From: Cyclobacteriaceae bacterium
GTDB taxonomy: Bacteria; Bacteroidota; Bacteroidia; Cytophagales; Cyclobacteriaceae
NCBI GenBank assembly: GCA_040902445.1
Contig: JBBDXJ010000293.1
Location: 2,075 to 66,074 of the forward strand
Direction: 5' to 3'
DNA: 64,000 nt
Part shown: positions 38,335 to 45,825 of the stretch, in pieces
How positions within the stretch are numbered: the stretch's first letter is position 1
Layout of the letters: every line of letters begins with the position of its first letter
The notes under the pieces: generated by a model
What the model was told of the DNA's origin: nothing
Databases searched by the model: none
The model's input: only the letters and a program-made list of their open reading frames with translations
Position numbers and translations under genes: made by a program

Positions 38335-40533
38335 ATGAAATCAAAAAAACTATTCATCAGCTCAGAGGTTCCTTTGAAGGAATCATTCAATTTAAGAAAG
38401 ATTCTTTACATCACTTTCCTGGTCGCATTGATTGCGTTGGATTCATGCAATCCAACATCAGAATCCGTCCAGGTAGAGGACGATGATATCGGAGGAGTTG
38501 TCACCGGACCTGATGGTCCCGAAGCAGGAGTGTGGGTGATCGCCGAAACTCATGACCTTCCTACCAGATATGCCAAGATTGTTGTCACTGATGATAAGGG
38601 ACAATATTTGATACCCGATCTTCCCGACGCGAACTATTCGGTCTGGGTGCGCGGTTATGGATTGGTGGATTCTCCCAAAGAAGAAGCAAAACCCGGCAGC
38701 GTTCTGGACCTCGAAGCCGTGGTAGCACCAAATCCTCGGGCAGCCGCCGAATATTATCCCGCAGGCTACTGGTTTTCCCTGCTCAATGTGCCGGACAAGA
38801 GCAAGTTCCCCGGTACAGGACCGGAAGGAAATGGCATATCTCCCAACATTAAAAATCAGGCTAATTTTTTAAGAAATATAAAATCAGGTACGTGCCTGGC
38901 CTGTCATGCAATGGGCACAAAAGGCACGCGCGAGTTTCAGGCATCGCTGGGAAAATTCGCATCTTCAACCGAGGCATGGGAGAGACGTTTGGCGTCCGGG
39001 CAGGCCGGAGGAAGCATGATCTCTTCCACACACGGGCTTGGGCGCGAGGAAGTTTTGAGGATGCTGGCAGACTGGACGGACCGGATCGCTGGAGGTGAAA
39101 TTCCAGAAGCTCCGCCGAGGCCGGCAGGAGTTGAAAGAAATGTTGTCATAACACAATGGGACTGGGCTGATCCCAAAGCATACCTTCACGATGTCGTCTC
39201 CACCGACAGAAGAAACCCAACAGTGAACGCGAACGGTCCGCTCTATGGTGCACTGGAAGTCAGTGCCGATTATATTCCAGTACTCGATCCGGTGAAGCAC
39301 GATGCGAGCCGCATACCATTAACGGTGCGCGATCCGGAAACCAAACCTGCTTCCGGTCCGGAGATGCCACAACCCTCTCCCTATTGGGGAGATGAGCCCA
39401 TATGGAACAGCAAGACCAATGTTCACAATCCCATGTTGGATGAAAAAGGCCGGGTCTGGATTACCGCTACGGTGCGTCCACCTGAAAATCCTGATTTTTG
39501 TAAAGAAGGGTCCGATCATCCTTCCGCCAAACAATTCCCGATGAACAGGGCCGGGCGACATCTCGGTGTCTATGACCCTAAAACAAAAAAATATACGCAC
39601 ATCAGCACCTGCTTCAGCACACACCACCTCATGTTTGCTGAAGATGAAAACAACACCCTGTGGACGAGCGGTGGAGGAGAAGTGATCGGATGGCTTGACA
39701 CGAAAAAGTATGACGAGACGGGAGATGAAGAGGCCTCGCAAGGTTGGACACCACTTATTCTGGATACCAATGGAAATGGCAAACGCGACAAATACAAAGA
39801 ACCCAATGATCCCGTTGATCCTAAAATGGACAAGCGCATTGCCAGGGGACTTTATGCATGCTCTCCCGCGCCCGACGGCTCGGTCTGGGGCTCTTCTTTA
39901 GGATATCCCGGCGCCCTCATCCGCCTGAATCCGGGATCGAATCCATCAGAAACGGCCCTGGTAGAATATTACGAACTTCCCTTGAATGACAAAGGTGAAC
40001 CTGTCGAAGGATTTTCACCCCGCGGCATGGATGTGGACCGGAATGGTGTGGCCTGGGTTGCACTTGCCAGTGGTCACCTTGCAAGCTTCGACCGGAAGAA
40101 ATGCAAAGGATCCCTTAATGGTCCGGATGCTACAGGTCAGCATTGTCCGGAAGGATGGACTTTCTATACAGAACCACTTCCACAACTAAAAGGATTAAAA
40201 GAATCCGGAAGCGCTGAGTCAAGCTACTACACCTGGGTTGATCAGTTCAATACTCTTGGATTGGGTGAAAATATTCCCATCAATACCGGCAATGAATCCG
40301 AAGCGCTGCTGGCACTGAAGGATGGAGAATGGGTTAAATTACGTGTACCCTATCCGTTGGGATTTTATACGAAGTGGATGGACGGAAGGATCGATGATCC
40401 AAACGCCGGCTGGAAAGGCCGGGGAATATGGGCAACGATAAGCACCCGCGCACCATTCCATATGGAAGGAGGCAAAGGCACTACCAGCAAAGTATTTAAG
40501 TTCCAGCTCAGGCCGGATCCGCTGGCGAAGTAG
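38335..40533 (+). CDS. lipoprotein with a carboxypeptidase-regulatory-like domain and one c-type heme motif
   Basis: ATG at 38335 gives MKSKK...LIALDSC (lipobox). VVTDDKGQYLIPDLPDANYSVWVRGYG is CarboxypepD_reg-like. One CXXCH motif (SGTCLACHAMG, about 38892-38924). Long C-terminal region of unknown fold. Confidence 0.6.
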   Translation: MKSKKLFISSEVPLKESFNLRKILYITFLVALIALDSCNPTSESVQVEDDDIGGVVTGPDGPEAGVWVIAETHDLPTRYAKIVVTDDKGQYLIPDLPDANYSVWVRGYGLVDSPKEEAKPGSVLDLEAVVAPNPRAAAEYYPAGYWFSLLNVPDKSKFPGTGPEGNGISPNIKNQANFLRNIKSGTCLACHAMGTKGTREFQASLGKFASSTEAWERRLASGQAGGSMISSTHGLGREEVLRMLADWTDRIAGGEIPEAPPRPAGVERNVVITQWDWADPKAYLHDVVSTDRRNPTVNANGPLYGALEVSADYIPVLDPVKHDASRIPLTVRDPETKPASGPEMPQPSPYWGDEPIWNSKTNVHNPMLDEKGRVWITATVRPPENPDFCKEGSDHPSAKQFPMNRAGRHLGVYDPKTKKYTHISTCFSTHHLMFAEDENNTLWTSGGGEVIGWLDTKKYDETGDEEASQGWTPLILDTNGNGKRDKYKEPNDPVDPKMDKRIARGLYACSPAPDGSVWGSSLGYPGALIRLNPGSNPSETALVEYYELPLNDKGEPVEGFSPRGMDVDRNGVAWVALASGHLASFDRKKCKGSLNGPDATGQHCPEGWTFYTEPLPQLKGLKESGSAESSYYTWVDQFNTLGLGENIPINTGNESEALLALKDGEWVKLRVPYPLGFYTKWMDGRIDDPNAGWKGRGIWATISTRAPFHMEGGKGTTSKVFKFQLRPDPLAK

Positions 40534-40556
40534 TTGGAATGACGAATGACGAATCT

Positions 40557-41309
40557 TTAAGCTCTTTTCTTTATTAGATCCAGAATGCCGTTGATAAAAG
40601 TCAGGGGGTGGATGGGATTTCCCGGCACGTAAAGGTCGACAGGGTGACGATCGAGAAACGTTCGATTAACGGCGGGGCTATCATCAAATAAACCACCGCT
40701 GATCGCATCGGTTCCTGCCAGAATGATGACTTTCGGATCGGGTATGGCGTCGTAACAAAGCTCTAATGGTTTTGACATGTTTTCCGTGATCGGACCCGTG
40801 ATCACGATTCCATCGGCATGCCGTGGCGATGCGACAAATTCGATACCGAACCGGCTCATATCAAAGTTCACGTTTCCGCAGGCGTTTAATTCCAGTTCGT
40901 TGCTGTTGTCGCCACCCGCGGAAACCTGGCGCAATTTTAATGACCCTTTAAAAAAACCGGCGATCTCTTTCCTGACCAGGGCAGGATCGGGTGTGATGGC
41001 TTTTAGAGCACCCTCGTGAATAATCAATCCTTTCCTGTCGTTGGTTGCCATCCGGTAATCTTTTGAAAATTTAATTTTATTCGGAAAGGCCCTGGCACAT
41101 TCCCCGCAAAAGGCGCATCTTCCGAGATCCAGTGTGAGGGGATTTGAACGGATGGCGCCTGTCGGACAAAAATCAATCAGTGCGTTTTCATCTACTTTGT
41201 CATGAGTGATTTCTGGTACTCCTCTGAATACGCCAGGAACTTCCGCTTTTGTTGGATCGGGAATGTATTGCTTTCCCTGACGTATTAATATTTTTATGTT
41301 GCCAATCAT
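40557..41309 (-). CDS. ferredoxin-like / NuoB-HycG-like small-subunit fusion lacking the proximal [4Fe-4S] Cys ligands
   Basis: 250 aa. The C-terminal part aligns to hydrogenase-3/4 small subunits (RFGIEFVASPRHADGIVITGP, PKVIILAGTDAISGG, VDLYVPGNPIHP), but the four Cys positions read D, N, D, N. The N-terminal part has DFCPTGAI and CAFCGEC. Confidence 0.75.
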   Translation of the reverse strand: MIGNIKILIRQGKQYIPDPTKAEVPGVFRGVPEITHDKVDENALIDFCPTGAIRSNPLTLDLGRCAFCGECARAFPNKIKFSKDYRMATNDRKGLIIHEGALKAITPDPALVRKEIAGFFKGSLKLRQVSAGGDNSNELELNACGNVNFDMSRFGIEFVASPRHADGIVITGPITENMSKPLELCYDAIPDPKVIILAGTDAISGGLFDDSPAVNRTFLDRHPVDLYVPGNPIHPLTFINGILDLIKKRA

Positions 41310-41318
41310 AGATTGCTT

Positions 41319-42824
41319 TTAGAGATCATGACCACAATAACTTAAGTCAAAGCTTTTGTTGGATATTGGAAAATCCGATATCTCATTATTTCTTACGGCC
41401 ATGGCCACTGTCAGCCAATTGTGCATAGAGGGATCTTTGATCCGATATTGATACAGTTCTCCTTTTTCGTCAGTGATGGCGCAGTGACAGATTTCTCCTC
41501 TCCATCCCTCCGTTAATGAAATTCCGAAGGTTTCGGGTTGTGGATGCAACAAAGGTGCACGCGTGGTTATTTCCGGCGGGATTTTGTGGATGATCTTCCG
41601 CAGGTAATAAAGTGTTTGCACAATCTCGTCGTGCCTGATCTTTGTGCGGCTGTAAACATCTCCGTGGTGTTTGATTATGGAAATCGGTGAAAATTCGTTG
41701 TACAGACCATGGGGATGTGTAGTCCGGATATCACGCATGAGCCCAGTGCCGCGGGCGGATATACCTACTGCCCCCAGGGACAAGGCAACATCATGGCTGA
41801 TTACACCTGTTTTTTCCAGCCGCGCCAGTGCACTGGGAAGGGTATGAAACTCTTTCCACATTTGATCAAAATCAGACTCATATTCCTGAAATAATTCTTC
41901 CAGCCTCACAGCAAGCGATTTGGTAAAATCAAAAGGGTTGTATCCGGGACGAATCAGGCCTTTCGCCAACCGGTTTCCACACCACTCCTGGAAGAAATTT
42001 ATCAAAGGCGTTCGCAGCCTTCCAAACACAGCGCTTCCGAGTTGGTAGCCAATGTCTGTGCAGATGGCGCTGAGGCCTCCCGTGTGCATTGCCAGCCTTT
42101 CTAATTCTATAGCAATTGTTCTCGAAAAGTGCAGGTCGGGAGGAGCAGTATAGCCGCATAAATTTTCCCAAAGATTAACAAAAGCCGTGGTATGACCCGC
42201 CACATTATCTCCCGCAATTGATTCCGCCAGGAGGGTGCGTTGCAGTAGTTTATGCTTTGACAAAAAAAGTTGCTCTATACCGCGGTGTTGATATCCGAGT
42301 TGTATCTCGAGGTGAAGAATTTGCTCACCATTGCAGATAAACCGGAAATGACCCGGTTCAATAATACCCGCATGAATGGGACCGACACCAACTTCATGTA
42401 GCTCTTCACTTTCTATCTGGTAAAAGGGATAATTCCCGATCACTGAATTTTTGTCTGCCCTGTCAGACGGATACCGCACAGGTTTTAACCACGGATGGTC
42501 TGAGAATTTCAATCCAAAGTTTTCATGCAAAACTCTCTCAAACACATGAAAGCTTAAATGATTTGCTGTAAAGGAAGGATAGGTTTGTGCGGATCTGGCA
42601 GAGATTTCGGAACTGGATACACAAATAGACGCATTACTGTCGTTGGCGATGCAGCAAATCAGCTTTAATTTTTCGTTGTGAGTGAACCCAAAATAATGAG
42701 CGCAATGATTCACCTCTTTACGGACGAGGCCGGTATTGAGCTCGAGAAAATCATCATACTTTAAGACTGGAATGGCTTGAAGGGCAATCGTACCGTTATT
42801 TGCTATGTTTATGTATTGACTCAT
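41319..42824 (-). CDS. NuoC-NuoD / HycE-HyfG-like large subunit lacking the NiFe-binding cysteines
   Basis: 501 aa. NuoC-like ERVLHENFGLKFSDHPWLKP, then the group-4-type VGPIHAGIIEPGHFRF. The L1 position reads ESIAGDNVAGH, not CGxCxxxH. The C-terminus reads FDLSYCGHDL, not DPCxxCxDR. Confidence 0.8.
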   Translation of the reverse strand: MSQYINIANNGTIALQAIPVLKYDDFLELNTGLVRKEVNHCAHYFGFTHNEKLKLICCIANDSNASICVSSSEISARSAQTYPSFTANHLSFHVFERVLHENFGLKFSDHPWLKPVRYPSDRADKNSVIGNYPFYQIESEELHEVGVGPIHAGIIEPGHFRFICNGEQILHLEIQLGYQHRGIEQLFLSKHKLLQRTLLAESIAGDNVAGHTTAFVNLWENLCGYTAPPDLHFSRTIAIELERLAMHTGGLSAICTDIGYQLGSAVFGRLRTPLINFFQEWCGNRLAKGLIRPGYNPFDFTKSLAVRLEELFQEYESDFDQMWKEFHTLPSALARLEKTGVISHDVALSLGAVGISARGTGLMRDIRTTHPHGLYNEFSPISIIKHHGDVYSRTKIRHDEIVQTLYYLRKIIHKIPPEITTRAPLLHPQPETFGISLTEGWRGEICHCAITDEKGELYQYRIKDPSMHNWLTVAMAVRNNEISDFPISNKSFDLSYCGHDL

Positions 42825-44254
42825 ATCTTCCGGGGCAAATGTTGAGTTGCGTCATGGATGAGATTAACGAGTTCTACGGGAGGATTCAATCCCAGGTAAA
42901 CCACCAGCGCAAGCAGCATAAACTGGCTGAGGGATTCTGCAGGGTGAATCTTTTTTATATTTTCTTCCTTGAAACCCAGCGTCCTGATGAAAAGCATTTT
43001 AAAAATATTTTTTCCCAAAGACCAGATAATCAGCGTGAGAAATAATAACACCAGGATGAGTAACCATATTTTCCCAGATTCAAAAATAGAGCGGAATATC
43101 AGGAACTCGCTGATGAACATTCCTGAAGGTGGCATTGCGGTTATGATAAAAAAGGCGAATAACAATACCATCGCGCCGGGTGTGTTGTATGCAAAATAAT
43201 TTCCGATATCGTAAATACTTTTGCTCCGGTAGATGCGGTAAACCTGGTCAACCTGAAAGAATAAAGCTGGTTTGGCAAAGGAATGTAACACAAGGTGGAG
43301 GATGGCCGCATAATAACCGGCGCCGCCCGAGGCCACACCCAGCATGACAATACCCATGTGTTCCACCCCTGAGTAGGCAAGCATGCGCTTCAGGTTTTTT
43401 ACACGCAAAATGTAAACCGCTGATACGAAAATGGAGATCAATCCTCCGATGACAAGGATCGTATTGGCCCACTGTGCGATCGAAGTGTTGGCCATTACTT
43501 CATAAATCCGGAATATGCCGAGGAATCCAACGTTGACCAATACACTTGCCAGTAGCGCACCTGCTGGTCCCGGCGCTTTATCTTTTGCATCAATTCCCAC
43601 CGTATACATCGGAACCAATCCTGCCTTAGCCGTGAAACCAGTGAAGATGAAAAGGAAAGCAAGCTTGAGCCAAAACGGGTTCAGCAATGGGGCATCGATG
43701 ATCAGTGCCTGGTAGGAGAGCTCTTTAAATCCCTGGTGTTGAAGGGCGATGCTCAGGAAAAGTATACCAACAAATACCAGGGTAATGCTTATGGAACAAA
43801 CAAATATATATTTCCAAGTGGCTTCCAGTGTACGTTCATTTCGATTGTGATAAACTAAAGCCGACGTACTGAGTGTTGTCAACTCCACAAAGATCCAGGT
43901 TACAGCAAGATGATTTGATAAATAGGCAGCACTGAGGGAAGCGATTAGAATCACCATTGCGGCATAATAAATGCCCCGTTGTCTCGGGATATCTTTCCGG
44001 TTATTGAAAAAAACATAGCTGTGATAGAACGCGGGCACACATACGATGCTGAGAATTCCCAAAAGAATAAGGCTCAATGGATCAAAGGTGAAATATTCAA
44101 GCGATGCGAGGTCCCGGCGGTTGAATGCGTGGACCGTTAGCACCCACTGCAACAGGATAAATGACCAAACCGCGAAATAGCTTATAATTCTTTTCTGTGC
44201 GAAGAAAAGTATCAGGCTTAAAACAAAACTCAGAATCAAATATATTCCAATCAT
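42821..44254 (-). CDS. HyfF/NuoN-like antiporter-type membrane subunit
   Basis: 477 aa, polytopic. WIFVELTTLS (TM5 Glu), FTAKAGLVPMY (TM7 Lys), HSFAKPALFF. 4-nt overlap with the large-subunit gene. Confidence 0.75.
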   Translation of the reverse strand: MIGIYLILSFVLSLILFFAQKRIISYFAVWSFILLQWVLTVHAFNRRDLASLEYFTFDPLSLILLGILSIVCVPAFYHSYVFFNNRKDIPRQRGIYYAAMVILIASLSAAYLSNHLAVTWIFVELTTLSTSALVYHNRNERTLEATWKYIFVCSISITLVFVGILFLSIALQHQGFKELSYQALIIDAPLLNPFWLKLAFLFIFTGFTAKAGLVPMYTVGIDAKDKAPGPAGALLASVLVNVGFLGIFRIYEVMANTSIAQWANTILVIGGLISIFVSAVYILRVKNLKRMLAYSGVEHMGIVMLGVASGGAGYYAAILHLVLHSFAKPALFFQVDQVYRIYRSKSIYDIGNYFAYNTPGAMVLLFAFFIITAMPPSGMFISEFLIFRSIFESGKIWLLILVLLFLTLIIWSLGKNIFKMLFIRTLGFKEENIKKIHPAESLSQFMLLALVVYLGLNPPVELVNLIHDATQHLPRKI

Positions 44255-44266
44255 AGTATTCCCGGG

Positions 44267-44896
44267 TCAATCTCTTAGTTGGCGTAGTTGCTCTGAATCA
44301 TGCTCTTTTAATACATCGCCGATCCTATTAACAAAAATTCCCAGCAAGAGCACGCTGACAAAAATATCAAGCATAATTCCTACGTTGACGACCATAGGCA
44401 TTTCACTTCCTGCCGCCAGGGATAAAACAAAGACGCCATTTTCAATGATGAGAAAACCCATTACATGGGTAATGATTTTCCGTCTGGAAACGATGATATA
44501 CAAACCGGTGAAAAGGGAGGATAGAGCGGCAGCAAAAAATATACCTTTCAGTTGATCTTCATGAAGGGTATTGGACAGCAGAAAAGAACCTATTATTATT
44601 CCGGTAATAATGACAACAGAAATAAAATTTGAAACGAATGGTTCCGCTTCCCTGGTCAGGTTATTTCTTTTGATGACATAATTGAGAAAAACCGGAATAG
44701 CGATCGCTTTGAAAACAATCGTTTCAAAAAGAATAAATATCAGATTGATTACGCTGATCTCAATCAATTCGATGAAGGCAACTCCAAAAAGAGCAACACC
44801 CTGAAAGGCCAGGATGGCGATGTAGGTGTAAAGGCGGTTTGCTACCACCATGTAGATGAGGCTAATGATCAGAATGATAAGCAAGGTGTTGGTCAT
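44267..44896 (-). CDS. HyfE-like (NuoK-related) small membrane subunit
   Basis: 209 aa, about 6-7 TMs. Size and position match hydrogenase-4 component E. Confidence 0.6.
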   Translation of the reverse strand: MTNTLLIILIISLIYMVVANRLYTYIAILAFQGVALFGVAFIELIEISVINLIFILFETIVFKAIAIPVFLNYVIKRNNLTREAEPFVSNFISVVIITGIIIGSFLLSNTLHEDQLKGIFFAAALSSLFTGLYIIVSRRKIITHVMGFLIIENGVFVLSLAAGSEMPMVVNVGIMLDIFVSVLLLGIFVNRIGDVLKEHDSEQLRQLRD

Positions 44897-44908
44897 AAAT
44901 TCTATGTC

Positions 44909-45823
44909 TTAACTGATTCTTCCCAGCATGAGCAGTACTCCCAGGAAAATTAATATTGAAATGGAGGTTAGTGTAAAAATAAACTGAGGGTTGTGGTTCA
45001 TCCGGAATCGCGCCATAAAAGATTCGATTGCACCCGCCACAATCGCAAAAAGAATCTCAACTCCTATAAATAATGGAATTGAATAATACAGGGCCATCCC
45101 CGGTGAAATAAATATATTGGCTATAAGGGCACCGTACATCGCGAACTTAAGATTTGTCGTGTGAAGGATAAGGCCCAGATCGAAACCACTATTATCCAGG
45201 ATCATCACCTCGTGCACCATGGTCAGCTCAAGATGTGTTTTCGGATCATCTACTGGCATGCGGCTGTTTTCAATCATGGCTAAGACGATGAATATAAAAG
45301 TCCCCAGCGCGCCCAGCGTATAAGAGATGTATGATTCAAAATGGAGGCTCTGAAAAATTTCAAAGAATGAAGTTTGACCTGTAAACAATGCAAAAGAACC
45401 CATAAGGATAAAAAAGGCAGGTTCGGCCAGCAACGAATATAGCGCTTCACGGCTGGCACCCATACCTTCAAAGCTGCTGCCTGTGTCCATGGCGGAAATG
45501 ATCATAAAGAATTTTCCCAGCGCCAGAACGTAGGCAAAGAATACAAAATCCCCTGGAAAGGACATGATTCCCGGCTGGTCACCAAATGGGATCAGCAAAA
45601 TCGCTGTGATAACGGTTGCAAAATAAATGCTGGGTGCAATCCGGAAAATGAAACTGGTTGTTTCACTGTAGACAACACCTTTCCGGAACAGGCGCCAGAT
45701 ATCCCGTAAAGGTTGAAAAACGCCAGGTCCTTTTCTTCCGGAGAAGATGCTTTTAGTACGGATCACTATCCCGGTAAAGAATAGGCTGGCCGTAATAATG
45801 AGCATAAAACTGATCATATGCAT
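44909..45823 (-). CDS. HyfC/HycD/NuoH-like membrane subunit
   Basis: 304 aa. SGRKGPGVFQPLRDIWRLFRKG and DTGSSFEGMGASREALYSLLAEP are characteristic of HycD/HyfC. Confidence 0.75.
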   Translation of the reverse strand: MHMISFMLIITASLFFTGIVIRTKSIFSGRKGPGVFQPLRDIWRLFRKGVVYSETTSFIFRIAPSIYFATVITAILLIPFGDQPGIMSFPGDFVFFAYVLALGKFFMIISAMDTGSSFEGMGASREALYSLLAEPAFFILMGSFALFTGQTSFFEIFQSLHFESYISYTLGALGTFIFIVLAMIENSRMPVDDPKTHLELTMVHEVMILDNSGFDLGLILHTTNLKFAMYGALIANIFISPGMALYYSIPLFIGVEILFAIVAGAIESFMARFRMNHNPQFIFTLTSISILIFLGVLLMLGRIS

Positions 45824-45825
45824 GT

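Noticed and set aside
39319-39741. 140-aa minus-strand ORF and neighbouring ORFs antisense to the heme lipoprotein gene.
   Set aside because: They are shadow ORFs within a 730-aa coding region with a coherent lipoprotein N-terminus.
40534-40556. GAATGAC GAATGAC GAAT tandem repeat between the convergent stops.
   Set aside because: It is only about 2.5 copies of a 7-mer in a 23-nt gap, which is too short to interpret.
40557-42824. Calling the large and small subunits a functional formate-hydrogenlyase-type [NiFe] hydrogenase (hyfG/hyfI).
   Set aside because: Both NiFe Cys pairs and all four proximal-cluster Cys are substituted. No hyp/hycI maturation genes, formate dehydrogenase or HycB/HyfA genes occur in the window. 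Homology is clear, but the catalytic annotation would be wrong.
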